This document shows positions 30,453 through 40,529 of a DNA stretch of 49,313 bases, in pieces. A program made the position numbers and the translations under genes. This DNA is from Trichormus sp. ATA11-4-KO1. GTDB taxonomy: Bacteria > Cyanobacteriota > Cyanobacteriia > Cyanobacteriales > Nostocaceae. Location: contig JAHHIM010000034.1 in assembly GCA_019358915.1 (NCBI GenBank), positions 1 through 49,313 on the forward strand, given 5' to 3'. Under the pieces are notes generated by a model. The model was not told the DNA's origin, did no database searches, and worked only from the letters and a program-made list of their open reading frames with translations. Every line of letters starts with the position of its first letter. Positions within the stretch are counted from its first letter, which is position 1.

Positions 30453-31589
30453 ATGGCAGCTAGGCTGATTACTCGTAAACCAAAGTCTAAGTTACAGCCT
30501 TCCTCATCTTTGCCCTCATGGGCAGATGAAACGGAATTGGTAGGATTAGTATTTGACTTTGAACCACTTACATCTAGTTCTCTTTACGCACAATATACCA
30601 TTGCGCTCCATGCTTGGTTTCTTGACCAAGTGCGGCAATTTGACCCAGAACTTTCTGCTTATCTCCATGATGGCGAGTCAGAAAAACCCTTCAATATCTC
30701 AGCACTTGAAGGTCAACTGCTTCCCACTGGCAGACAATTACAACTGGAAGCAAACCAAATTTATCGTTGGCACGTCAATGCTTTATCTGCAAAAGTGGCA
30801 CAGTTTCTCCAACAATGGTTAACTCAACTGCCACAAACCCTAGAGTTAAGAGGTGCAACCCTACAGATAAAACAGGTGAAAATTGCTCATTCACCCACTA
30901 CTTACGCGCAATTATTACAGCCACCAGAAAAATACTCTAACGTCAATCTCAGCTTCGTCTCACCTACTAGCTTTCGCCGAAAAGGTCATCATTTTCCCCT
31001 CCCCGTACCAGTGAATCTCTTTCATAGCTACCTGCGTCGCTGGAATGACTTTTCCGCAATTCCCGTACCACAAGAATCTTTTCTCGACTGGATAGACGAA
31101 GGTGTGATTATTCATCAACACCGCTTGGAATCAGTCAAGGTGGCGGCTGGTAAACGGGGTTCTGTAACTGGTTTCACCGGGGCGATTGCTTGTGGTTTGA
31201 GTAAAGCGGCTTTAGCTAATACCGAGTTTACCCAGTTGTTTTATGCCTTGGTAAAACTTGCACCCTATTGTGGCACAGGACACAAAACCACTTTTGGACT
31301 AGGACAAACTCGTTTAGATTGGGTGCAACCAGAAGCCAGCACATCGACGCAGATACTGACAAATATGCTGGGAGAACGGATTGAGGAATTAACGGCAATC
31401 TTCACTGCACAACGCAAACGTACAGGAGGCGATCGCACTGATAAAATTGCCTCAACCTGGGCAACAATCTTGGCACGGCGAGAAATGGGCGAATCATTAC
31501 AAGCAATCGCCCAAGATTTAGAAATGCCTGTTTCAACAGTTAAAACTTACACCAAATTAGCTAGGCGATCGCTGAAAGATCAGTGCTGA
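30453..31589 (+). CDS. cas6: Stand-alone Cas6 endoribonuclease with C-terminal HTH extension
   Basis: LHAWFL, KPF.IS, F.SPTSFRR, G-rich loop GTGHKTTFGLG; tail GESLQAIAQDLEMPVSTVKTYTKLARRSL. Confidence 0.92.
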   Translation: MAARLITRKPKSKLQPSSSLPSWADETELVGLVFDFEPLTSSSLYAQYTIALHAWFLDQVRQFDPELSAYLHDGESEKPFNISALEGQLLPTGRQLQLEANQIYRWHVNALSAKVAQFLQQWLTQLPQTLELRGATLQIKQVKIAHSPTTYAQLLQPPEKYSNVNLSFVSPTSFRRKGHHFPLPVPVNLFHSYLRRWNDFSAIPVPQESFLDWIDEGVIIHQHRLESVKVAAGKRGSVTGFTGAIACGLSKAALANTEFTQLFYALVKLAPYCGTGHKTTFGLGQTRLDWVQPEASTSTQILTNMLGERIEELTAIFTAQRKRTGGDRTDKIASTWATILARREMGESLQAIAQDLEMPVSTVKTYTKLARRSLKDQC

Positions 31590-31611
31590 GTGCTGAGTGC
31601 TGAGTGCTGAG
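31583..31611. repeat. STRR heptamer array (TGCTGAG); also at 30220-30241 and inverted at about 31937-31990
   Basis: Direct tandem heptamers. Confidence 0.9.
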
Positions 31612-31706
31612 TCAAAAGAAGAAGAAGGAAGGACTTTCGCACTCGGTACAAGCCCCGTCCCTTGTGGTCACTGAGCCTTGCCGAAGTGTGGGCGGTTTTT
31701 TAACTC

Positions 31707-31934
31707 AACGTGAGTTCGATGAACTTAAAACTCTGAAATCATTGCCCAGCCTATTGTCTGTGAAATAGCTGTTCTTAAAAAGGCTATTTCTTATTGAGAA
31801 TAAAATCAGTAACTCGGAATTGGTCAATTATTGACGTTATTCTCAACTAATGCTTGAGAGTTTATTTCAGCCTCAGCTTCAACAATCGTTTATTTATAAG
31901 GCTTTTAGCCTCTAAATTCCGTCGAACTCACGTT
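31707..31934. mobile_element. MITE (228 bp) with perfect 13-bp TIRs and 5-bp target duplication
   Basis: AACGTGAGTTCGA...TCGAACTCACGTT flanked on both sides by AACTC. Confidence 0.88.
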
Positions 31935-31972
31935 AACTCAGCACTCAGCACTTTTAACTTAGCACTCTTCAT

Positions 31973-33301
31973 TTAGGACTCAGCACTGAGAAACTGATTT
32001 TTCCAATTTGCTAAATCAGCTAAAGAGCGATCGCGGTAACGTCCATAACGCTCTGGCTTGCTTTTGATTTTTACGCCTAAATCTGGCAAAATGCCGAAAT
32101 TAGGCGGCATCGGTTGGAAATGCTTAGGCGAAGCAGAACTAATAAATTCTAATAGCGCCCCCATCATGGTGGTTGGTGGTGCTGTCAATGGTGCTTTACC
32201 CAAAGCCAGCCGCGCTGCATTTGTTCCTGCTAACCATCCATCGGCGGCGGCTGCTGTGTAACCCTCAGTACCAATCAACTGTCCAGCTGCTAACAAAGTG
32301 GGACGTTGCTTGAATTGCAAAGTAGGGTACATTAATTGGGGTGCATTGATAAAAGTATTGCGGTGCATCACTCCCAAACGCACAAATTCAGCATTTTCTA
32401 AGCCGGGAATCAGCCGGAAGACTCGTTTTTGCTCACCCCAGCGCAGGTTAGTTTGGAATCCTACCATGTTCCATAGTTGACCGGCTTTATCTTCTTGTCT
32501 GAGCTGCACTACAGCATAGGGACGTTCTCCTGTGCGACTATCAGACAATCCCACAGGCTTGAGGGGTCCATAGCGCATTGTGTCTTCTCCCCGGTGTGCT
32601 TGTTCTTCGATGGGCAAACAAGCTTCAAAAAATTTCGCCGTTTCTCGTTCAAAATCCTTAAGTTCTGTTTGTTCAGCTTGACGGAGTTCTTCCCAAAACC
32701 GCAGATATTGCTCTTTATTCATCGGACAGTTAAGGTAAGCGGCTTCACCTTTGTCATAGCGCGATGCCAGAAAAGCAACATCATAGTTAATCGATTCTCC
32801 CACGACAATGGGACTAGCGGCATCAAAAAAGCTGAGGTATTCCATCCCCGTAAAGCGGTGTAAATCTGCGGCTAAGTCTGGACTAGTTAAAGGCCCGGTT
32901 GCCAAAACCACGATTCCTTCAGGTATAGCCGATACTTCGCCTCGCCGGAATTCAATTAAAGGATGATTAGATAAAGTTGCCGTCAAATCTTGGCTAAATT
33001 GCCCTCTATCTACAGCTAAAGCCCCACCGGCGGGAACAGCATGTTCATCAGCTTTAGCGATGACAATCGAACCAAGTTGACGTAATTCTTCATGCAACAA
33101 TCCTGTAGCGCGATCGCTTGCCATTGCTCCAAAGGAATTACTACATACTAATTCCGCCACATGTTCTGTATGATGAGCAGGACTAAAGCGTTGTGGACGC
33201 ATTTCATGCAGAATTACCGGTACTCCAGCCTGGGCTATTTGCCAAGCTGCTTCTGTCCCAGCTAGTCCACCTCCAATTACTTGTATCGGTTTTTGATCCA
33301 T
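31973..33301 (-). CDS. trmFO: tRNA (uracil-5-)-methyltransferase TrmFO (Gid)
   Basis: [33 protein letters not shown]; probable start MDQKPI at 33301. Confidence 0.95.
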   Translation of the reverse strand: MDQKPIQVIGGGLAGTEAAWQIAQAGVPVILHEMRPQRFSPAHHTEHVAELVCSNSFGAMASDRATGLLHEELRQLGSIVIAKADEHAVPAGGALAVDRGQFSQDLTATLSNHPLIEFRRGEVSAIPEGIVVLATGPLTSPDLAADLHRFTGMEYLSFFDAASPIVVGESINYDVAFLASRYDKGEAAYLNCPMNKEQYLRFWEELRQAEQTELKDFERETAKFFEACLPIEEQAHRGEDTMRYGPLKPVGLSDSRTGERPYAVVQLRQEDKAGQLWNMVGFQTNLRWGEQKRVFRLIPGLENAEFVRLGVMHRNTFINAPQLMYPTLQFKQRPTLLAAGQLIGTEGYTAAAADGWLAGTNAARLALGKAPLTAPPTTMMGALLEFISSASPKHFQPMPPNFGILPDLGVKIKSKPERYGRYRDRSLADLANWKNQFLSAES

Positions 33302-33479
33302 AGTTCTATGCTCAGTGTCACCCAATTTTAAATTGCTGGGAGTACATACCAATCATAGATGATATGGATAATCACCAAAAAACGCTTCCTTCCTGAATCA
33401 GGAAAAAGCACTATACTTTTGGGGTGTGTAGCCAATTATCAACAAGTCCGCACAATTTGTTCAATTATGAGTTCAGGCG

Positions 33480-34679
33480 ATGCTCCTGCTGATTAAAGAA
33501 GTTTTCATCTGGCTAGGAATATTTTTAAGTGTTGTTGGTCTTTTCTTGACTATCTGGATTGTGATTCCCGCGCCCATTTACTCTTTGTTACCTTTGGGCG
33601 TGGGAGCACCAGAAGTCTGTCATTGGCTACTTTTGTTAAATGCTGTAGCTTTGGCAGTATCGTTTTTGGGAATGCGTGGTAATTGGCTACAATATGTAGC
33701 TTTGGGTATGAGTGCAGTGGGAATTTCTTTAAGTATGCTGCCATTGCTGCAAATATCTTATGTGCAACAACAGATGCAATCGGCAATGCAGAATGAATTA
33801 GGTAAAGACTACCTCGTATCAAGTTTAGAACAAAAATTGGGGCGATCGCATCCTTTTAGTTTATTAGATGCGTTTCAAGGCATTCATACTGATGAAATCC
33901 GCTACACTCCTAACATTGAATTTGCTTCTCCTGATGGTGTACCGTTGCGCCTCAACATCTACCGTCCTCCCCAAGTCGGAAAATACCCAGGAGTTGTTGT
34001 CATCCATGGTGGCGGTTGGCAAAGTGGTAGTCCGGCAAATAACGCCAAATTCAGCCGTTATCTGGCTGCCAGAGGTTATACTGTTTTAGCGATCGCTTAT
34101 CGCTATGCACCTGCTAACAAATTTCCCGCCCAACTTGATGATATTTACAGCGCCCTAAGTTTTATCCAGGAACACGCCGCCGAGTATGAAACAGATATTG
34201 ACCGGATTGTCTTACTCGGTCGTTCTGCTGGTGGGCATTTGGCAATGTTAGCAGCTTATCAGCAAGATATCCTACCCATCCGCGCTGTCATTAGTTACTA
34301 CGGACCATTCAACCTCACCCAAGGATACCGAGAACCACCCACTCCCGATCCTTTGAATGTCCGATCTGTACTCGAAGATTTTTTAGGTGGTACACCAGAT
34401 CAACTTCCAGAGCAATATACCAAAGCTTCACCCATCAGTTATGCTAATCGCCCACTGCCACCAACTTTATTAATTCATGGCAATCGTGATCATATCGTGC
34501 AAATATTCTTTGCTAGGCAGATGTTCCAAGCTTTGCAAACATCTGGTAATCAAGCAATCTTACTAGAAATTCCTTGGGCAGAACATGCTTTTGACTACAT
34601 TTTCAATGGGCCGAGTAATCAGTTAGCACTGTACCACACTGAGCGTTTTTTAGCTTGGGTTTTGAAAGCTAAGGTCTGA
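33480..34679 (+). CDS. Membrane-anchored alpha/beta hydrolase (esterase/lipase)
   Basis: HGGGW, GRSAG nucleophile motif, HG..D, HAFD; N-terminal TM helices. Confidence 0.9.
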   Translation: MLLLIKEVFIWLGIFLSVVGLFLTIWIVIPAPIYSLLPLGVGAPEVCHWLLLLNAVALAVSFLGMRGNWLQYVALGMSAVGISLSMLPLLQISYVQQQMQSAMQNELGKDYLVSSLEQKLGRSHPFSLLDAFQGIHTDEIRYTPNIEFASPDGVPLRLNIYRPPQVGKYPGVVVIHGGGWQSGSPANNAKFSRYLAARGYTVLAIAYRYAPANKFPAQLDDIYSALSFIQEHAAEYETDIDRIVLLGRSAGGHLAMLAAYQQDILPIRAVISYYGPFNLTQGYREPPTPDPLNVRSVLEDFLGGTPDQLPEQYTKASPISYANRPLPPTLLIHGNRDHIVQIFFARQMFQALQTSGNQAILLEIPWAEHAFDYIFNGPSNQLALYHTERFLAWVLKAKV

Positions 34680-34717
34680 AGATATAGTGATTTAGTATGA
34701 GAAAACTTTGCTTACAG

Positions 34718-34754
34718 CCGCTTCACCCGGATAGGATGTGGAAGCGGCGGTTTT
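34718..34754. terminator. Probable terminator hairpin
   Basis: GCCGCTTC...GAAGCGGC followed by GGTTTT, between convergent genes. Confidence 0.5.
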
Positions 34755-34763
34755 CCCTATTCC

Positions 34764-34934
34764 CTATTCCCCATCACTCCATAGGGTTACTACAATCTGT
34801 TGTGGCATCAATTGACTAATGGGGGCTGGTTTCATGTCTCGGTAGTCCAGTAATTGAACTATGATCAGGTAGGCGATCGCTAAAAGGACAGAAATCGCAC
34901 CTGTGATAATAGCAACTATTTTCGAGCGGTTCAT
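34764..34934 (-). CDS. Small membrane protein (56 aa), not in the ORF track
   Basis: MNRSKIVAIITGAISVLLAIAYLIIVQLLDYRDMKPAP...; GGGAG RBS upstream. Confidence 0.8.
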   Translation of the reverse strand: MNRSKIVAIITGAISVLLAIAYLIIVQLLDYRDMKPAPISQLMPQQIVVTLWSDGE

Positions 34935-35068
34935 GAGTACTCCCTGTCAATAATTATCCCGTGTATATCTTCTATCTTGCACTTTTCACGGGCAGATCAA
35001 CCTTGAACACTCAAAAATAACCTGGAAATGTCAATTCGATTGGGGATAATTTTTAACTGGACACTACA

Positions 35069-36064
35069 CTATGATGTCATCCCAGATTTTTCTTTTGAAT
35101 CAACAAAGCCAGAAGTAACAAACTTTTTCATAAATAAGACACAACAGGCAATGCGTTCAGTTTGGCGGAATCCTAAAATATTTTGCACAATCTTATAAAT
35201 GGTTTTTTTACTATTTGCTTGAAAATCGGGAAAGATCATTAAAGCTTCTTCTAAGAAAATCAAATACTGTGAATAGTCAAAAAATAACGCCTCTCTAGCC
35301 AGTTCAAAATATGATTTAGCTAAAGCATGACGATACTTCATTGACAGTTGGTTCATCTGCAAAAGTTTCTTCTCAACTTTACCTAATACTAGATAGTGGT
35401 TTTTTAACCAACGGCTTTTGGAGGAAGTAGAAACTGTCACAAAACCGTAGCGCCTATAGATTGAATAACAGCCAGGTTGATAGACAACTTTAGCTTTATT
35501 CATTACTACCGATATAAAAAAATCTCTATCCTGTGCCGCTGTCAAGGTTTCATCCCAACCTCCGCTATTTTCTACTACGCTTCTTTTATAGAGTAAAGCA
35601 GCCAAAGCAACCCACCAATTTGCTAGTAGAGCAGCCAGAATATCTGTTTGTGCTTCAGAAATTTCAATCTTTTCTAATAAATTAGATCCATCAGGTAAAT
35701 GGCGCTGATGTCTCCAATCACCATAAACAACATCTGCACCTGTTTCCTCTAGGAATCGGACTTGTCTTTCTATTTTTTCAGGTAAAATATAGTCATCAGC
35801 ATCTAAGTACTGGATATACTCTCCTTTTGCTAACTCAAAGCCCATATTTCTAGCATAATTGCCGCCTTGATGAGGCAAACTTTGCCAGATAATTTTATCT
35901 CCATAACGTCTGAGAATGTCTAAAGAATTGTCTGTAGAACCATCATCAATTACAATAATTTCTATAGAGGAATAAGTTTGTTTTAAACAGCTATCAATTG
36001 CTTCTGCCAACCATTTCTCTGCATTAAAGCATGGTATAATTACTGAAACTAGTTTTTTTGTCAT
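35069..36064 (-). CDS. Glycosyltransferase family 2
   Basis: SVIIPCFN, IDDGSTD, YLDADD. Confidence 0.92.
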   Translation of the reverse strand: MTKKLVSVIIPCFNAEKWLAEAIDSCLKQTYSSIEIIVIDDGSTDNSLDILRRYGDKIIWQSLPHQGGNYARNMGFELAKGEYIQYLDADDYILPEKIERQVRFLEETGADVVYGDWRHQRHLPDGSNLLEKIEISEAQTDILAALLANWWVALAALLYKRSVVENSGGWDETLTAAQDRDFFISVVMNKAKVVYQPGCYSIYRRYGFVTVSTSSKSRWLKNHYLVLGKVEKKLLQMNQLSMKYRHALAKSYFELAREALFFDYSQYLIFLEEALMIFPDFQANSKKTIYKIVQNILGFRQTERIACCVLFMKKFVTSGFVDSKEKSGMTS

Positions 36065-36200
36065 CTGAATTTTCCTTCAGTGTATAAAAATGTGCTGACA
36101 CAGTTGTAAAAATAGTACTTGCCTCCAAATTTATATCTATAAATCAGCTACATTTAACAGCCAAAAATACTAGCAGTTTGGTAACGAAAAATCGGACTAA

Positions 36201-37091
36201 TTATTTTTTGAAGTTAGCATATTTAAGTAATTTGTTTTTGTATGGCCTTGTCACACGCCTCAAAGTTTCTTTTGGAGCTAGTTGCATTGCCCACAACAAT
36301 GTGGATAAAGCTGCATTCTTTTGGCCAAGTTCAGATGACCTGACGGCATGTTCATACAAGAATTTAGCAAAAGCCTGTGGGTGCTGTAGCAGCAGTGATT
36401 TATGCTTTTGGATGAGGCGGTCAAAATTCACCTGACGCAGCGAGGGATCTCGGGAAATTCTTGGGCCATCGTGCACATACAGGCGGTAAGTCACAGTTGG
36501 TAAACCCAGAATTGAGCAAACAGGATTCAGGCGCAAAAACATTTCTGTATGTACACGCGAGGTGAAAGATTCATCATAACCACCTATTTCTAGGAATACT
36601 TCCCGCTCTACAACCAATGTCTGTTTAGAAAAAAACGACAACCCAGATGCAATTTCTTCCAGGAAAAAATGCGAGCCACGAGGTAAAGTTGGCGGTATGC
36701 GCTGACTGAGAAATTTACCATCTTGATTCACAACCTCTAGAGCCGATAGCACAGCCACAGGTTCTGGCAAAGTTGTGTTGGCAAGAGCTTTTAGAGAAAC
36801 TTCAGCCATGTGAGGTAACAGTTCGTCATCATCGTCAAGGTAAGTAATCCATCTTCCGCTTGCTGCCTTTGCTCCAACATTACGAGCTGCCGCAGTTCCG
36901 CCGTTTTTTGGCAAGCGAATAATTTTGAGTCGGGGGTGTTCCGACAGATTCACTGGCTGATTGGAAGCATCATCAACAACAATTACCTCCACATCTTCTA
37001 CAGTTTGCGCTAAAGCAGTATTAACAGCCCGTGGTAATAAATGAGGGCGGTTATAAGTAGGAATAATGATACTGAGTAAAGAGTTGCTCAT
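36201..37091 (-). CDS. Glycosyltransferase family 2
   Basis: SIIIPTYNR, VDDAS, YLDDDD. Confidence 0.92.
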   Translation of the reverse strand: MSNSLLSIIIPTYNRPHLLPRAVNTALAQTVEDVEVIVVDDASNQPVNLSEHPRLKIIRLPKNGGTAAARNVGAKAASGRWITYLDDDDELLPHMAEVSLKALANTTLPEPVAVLSALEVVNQDGKFLSQRIPPTLPRGSHFFLEEIASGLSFFSKQTLVVEREVFLEIGGYDESFTSRVHTEMFLRLNPVCSILGLPTVTYRLYVHDGPRISRDPSLRQVNFDRLIQKHKSLLLQHPQAFAKFLYEHAVRSSELGQKNAALSTLLWAMQLAPKETLRRVTRPYKNKLLKYANFKK

Positions 37092-37110
37092 TTTTAAATG
37101 TCAGCAAAAT

Positions 37111-38391
37111 TTAGTTATTGATGACTTTCCAGGTTCGGGGTTGATAAAATAAACACCGACTTGTATTCCTGCTTGATTTCACAGTAAATCGAAAAGATTC
37201 GATTTTATCAAAAGAGCGTACACCTTGTTTAAGGTATATATTGGCGCTATACACACCAGGAACTAAGCCACAGCTAGACATCTGCATTTGAATTTCTACT
37301 TTTCCTGGAAAGACTTCCAGAAATTCATTGTCACTAGCTGAAGTGATAGTCAACATCCGAGATTCACCTTCACTCAGAATGGAAAGTAAAAATCCCAAAT
37401 TAACATTTTCAATGTGCTTATAAGCTTTGCATTCTACAGATAGATAAGCAGGCTCACCAGTTGTCAGCTTTGGCAGCAAGTTTCCCTGTGCATCTTTAAA
37501 ACATACAGAAACAATATCTAAGCCCAAACTTTCGCTTTCTGGTTTTTCTGGTAGAGTCATTAAACCTTCGGCTTTTTCCGTTCCACTCAAGCAAAGGTCT
37601 TCTTCATATTTACGGATTACTGTTTCAGTTTCGCCAGCTAAAATTAATTTTCCTTTTGATAAATAAAGGGAAGACTCACAGACATTTAATATATTATATT
37701 GGTTATGAGAAACTAGCACAAAAGCCGTACCTTTTTCTCGCAGAGATGCTAGGCGATGATGGCACTTCATTTTAAATTTGATATCACCAACAGCCAGCAC
37801 TTCATCAATCAACAAAATATCTGGTTCTATGTGGACTGCACATGCAAACCCCAGTCTAGCCGCCATACCAGAACTATAAGTCTGTACAGGTGAATCTATG
37901 GCATCCCCAATTCCAGCAAAATCTATAACATCTGCGAATTTTTCTTCTATTTCTTTAGTTGATAAACCCAAAATTGACATATTGGCGTAGATATTTTCTC
38001 GCCCTGTTAAGATCGGATTAAAACCTGCTCCCAGTGCAATTAATGGAGCTAGCCTACCCTTCACTTTTACACTGCCAGTATCCGGCTTAATCAAACCACT
38101 AATAATCCGTAACAGCGTACTTTTTCCTGCACCGTTTGACCCTACTAGGCCTAACGCTTCTCCTCGCCGCAATTGAAAGCTGACATCTTGCAACGCCCAA
38201 AACTCTTTGGAACGGAGAGTATCACTTTTTCTATTTCCACCTACTAACTCTGTAGCAATATCTTGAACACCATAAAATAAAGACCGTTTTAAGTCTCTAC
38301 AGAATTTTTTAGAAACGTTTTCTACTGAAATAAGTACTTCAGTATCTTCAGGCTGAACCGAAATTTTTTGATCAATTAAATTAGTCATCAT
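37111..38391 (-). CDS. wzt: Polysaccharide ABC exporter ATPase with C-terminal carbohydrate-binding domain (Wzt-like)
   Basis: GSNGAGKST, YSSGM, IDEVLAVGD; extended C-terminal domain. Confidence 0.9.
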   Translation of the reverse strand: MMTNLIDQKISVQPEDTEVLISVENVSKKFCRDLKRSLFYGVQDIATELVGGNRKSDTLRSKEFWALQDVSFQLRRGEALGLVGSNGAGKSTLLRIISGLIKPDTGSVKVKGRLAPLIALGAGFNPILTGRENIYANMSILGLSTKEIEEKFADVIDFAGIGDAIDSPVQTYSSGMAARLGFACAVHIEPDILLIDEVLAVGDIKFKMKCHHRLASLREKGTAFVLVSHNQYNILNVCESSLYLSKGKLILAGETETVIRKYEEDLCLSGTEKAEGLMTLPEKPESESLGLDIVSVCFKDAQGNLLPKLTTGEPAYLSVECKAYKHIENVNLGFLLSILSEGESRMLTITSASDNEFLEVFPGKVEIQMQMSSCGLVPGVYSANIYLKQGVRSFDKIESFRFTVKSSRNTSRCLFYQPRTWKVINN

Positions 38392-39266
38392 TAGGAACTG
38401 ACTCTCTCAACCACAAAAGGCATAGCAAGACGGAATACAACCCAGGTTAATACTAATCCTACTAAAGTAAGTGTACTAACCACCCAAAAACCGTAAGGTT
38501 CTGATACTACTCCTGTTGTCGCTAACTCTCGTGTTGTTACCAATAAAGGAGTGACGGGATTCATTTGTACTAAGAACCCAAATGTTCCATCTTTGGGAAC
38601 TGGATAAACCACAGGAGTTAGGAACAGCCAAAAGCCTGTAATGAGAGTTAATCCTTTAGATACATCTTGATACAGCACTCCTAAAGGAGCTAATAAAACA
38701 CCGATAAATGTTCCCAGTAAAATTAAATGAATTAATGGTACTGGAGTTAAAACTACAGTCCAACCTACAGGAATGCGAAACCAGATAAACAATGCCACTA
38801 TTAAAATTAGCTTAACGGCAAAGTTAAAAAATACTTCGCCCATCTTAGCCAAAATCAGTGCTTCCCGGGGAAAGTTTACTCTAGCTAACATTGGTTTTGC
38901 ACTTGTCACTGCTTGCACTGGCGCATTTAAAGCTTCGACAAAGGTCTGCCACAATGCAGTGCTAAACATAACATAAGCAGGATAGGGTATATCTGTCACA
39001 CCAACGTTAATGACTTTAGCGTTACTAGCAATGGTAAAACTAGTAGCCATAACAATAGGCGGTAAAAAAGCCCAGGCTATGCCTAAAAATGATTGCCGAT
39101 ATTGAGCGCTAATATCCCTGACCATTAATCGCCAAGCCAGTTCGCGAGAGGCTAGTAAGTCTCGCCACATTTGCTTCAACAAGTCCACCGGATGCCTAAG
39201 CATACTTTCAGGTGTGTAAATCTTGACCCCAGACGGCTGAGATTTTAAACTTTTATTTCGCTTCAA
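38391..39266 (-). CDS. wzm: Polysaccharide ABC exporter permease (Wzm-like); start uncertain
   Basis: RDISAQYRQSFLG..W, FLTPVVYP, NP motifs. Confidence 0.9.
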   Translation of the reverse strand: MKRNKSLKSQPSGVKIYTPESMLRHPVDLLKQMWRDLLASRELAWRLMVRDISAQYRQSFLGIAWAFLPPIVMATSFTIASNAKVINVGVTDIPYPAYVMFSTALWQTFVEALNAPVQAVTSAKPMLARVNFPREALILAKMGEVFFNFAVKLILIVALFIWFRIPVGWTVVLTPVPLIHLILLGTFIGVLLAPLGVLYQDVSKGLTLITGFWLFLTPVVYPVPKDGTFGFLVQMNPVTPLLVTTRELATTGVVSEPYGFWVVSTLTLVGLVLTWVVFRLAMPFVVERVSS

Positions 39267-39433
39267 AAACTTCTCACCCTTTACAGCAAAATTTATGGAT
39301 GTAATACGTAATTAAGATTTGTCAGATTTTATCTGGGTTTTTACCCTTTGTATCTATCGCATTCTTTTGGCAAATTGGTAAAACTTTAGGTAGGGTGTGG
39401 ATTTTCTACCCTACCTATTGAATTTAAAATGAC

Positions 39434-40483
39434 TCAATTTCGAGATGATGCCCTCAGTGCAGGTTTTGCAGGTTGTGTTTGGATGGGATTTTGTTTAACT
39501 TGTAAATATTTGCGGGCATAGCGACTAGTTAGGTAATTATTCAGTACATGATCAATCTTCATTACCATCTTTTCTAGGCGGTGAATTCTCCGTCCAAAAA
39601 TACTTTTCACTAGAGGTGAGACGATTGTATAGTGGCGTCTTCTTCCTAAACTGTTGTATTTTTTTTGAAAGTACTCGTCTTCAGTCAAGTTCCACTTTTC
39701 GCTCAAACGCTTGAGGCTAGCCATCTCCCATCCATCGCTCCAACGCAGCATATAGAAATGTAGATCTGACCATTTAACAGGTGGCCCTGGTACGTAAGTC
39801 ACGATAGATTCGGGTTCGATGTAGATGGAACCACCAGCCTCGGTCACAAGCATACACAAATCAACGTGTTCTTTTGTGTTTAGTAGTGCTTCATCCAATA
39901 GACCTAATTTCTCAAATATCTCTGTGCGGACAATCATACAGTGGAACTCTGCGAGTCCGGTTTTTTGCCGTTGCAGTTGGGGACGGACATCAGCTACCTG
40001 CCGTCCTTGCTGATAAATTTTTTCTATGATGCGGCGTTTGGTAGTCTCGCCTTTGGTTTCGACTTTCACCCCGGATTCGCCACCTGCACAATGTATTTCT
40101 GTATGCAGTGGCTGGTACTGACAAATTAAGGGACTAACTATGGTGGCTCCTGTTTGTTCAGCACAATCGACTAAAGCCTTTAACCAACCAGAGGTGACTT
40201 CCACGTCGTTATCAATAAAGACAACATATTTAGTGTTGACTTGACGCAAACCCAAATTTCTGGCGTGGTTGGGGCAGAGGTAGTGATTAGTACGAATTAG
40301 TTCAAATCCTTTTTCCTGTGCTTGCTCTTGTAGGTAGCGCTGGATATGAGGTGGCGAGTTACCATCTACATAAATTAGCTGAAAAGGATACTCCGTATAT
40401 TGGTAAATGCTTTCTAGGGAGTTACGAGTGTGGCTAAATCGCTCTCTGGGAGCAACAATAATTGTTACTTGTGGATCTGTCAT
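39434..40483 (-). CDS. Glycosyltransferase family 2-like protein
   Basis: PRERFS, YVDGNSP, FIDND, EFHC. Confidence 0.85.
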   Translation of the reverse strand: MTDPQVTIIVAPRERFSHTRNSLESIYQYTEYPFQLIYVDGNSPPHIQRYLQEQAQEKGFELIRTNHYLCPNHARNLGLRQVNTKYVVFIDNDVEVTSGWLKALVDCAEQTGATIVSPLICQYQPLHTEIHCAGGESGVKVETKGETTKRRIIEKIYQQGRQVADVRPQLQRQKTGLAEFHCMIVRTEIFEKLGLLDEALLNTKEHVDLCMLVTEAGGSIYIEPESIVTYVPGPPVKWSDLHFYMLRWSDGWEMASLKRLSEKWNLTEDEYFQKKYNSLGRRRHYTIVSPLVKSIFGRRIHRLEKMVMKIDHVLNNYLTSRYARKYLQVKQNPIQTQPAKPALRASSRN

Positions 40484-40529
40484 ATGCTAATGTCTTTGTG
40501 CCTGCTTATGGTTTTTCAAGGATAAGTAC

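Noticed and set aside
31620..31970. CRISPR array downstream of cas6
   Set aside because: No regularly spaced direct repeats; explained by STRRs, a short dispersed repeat and a MITE.
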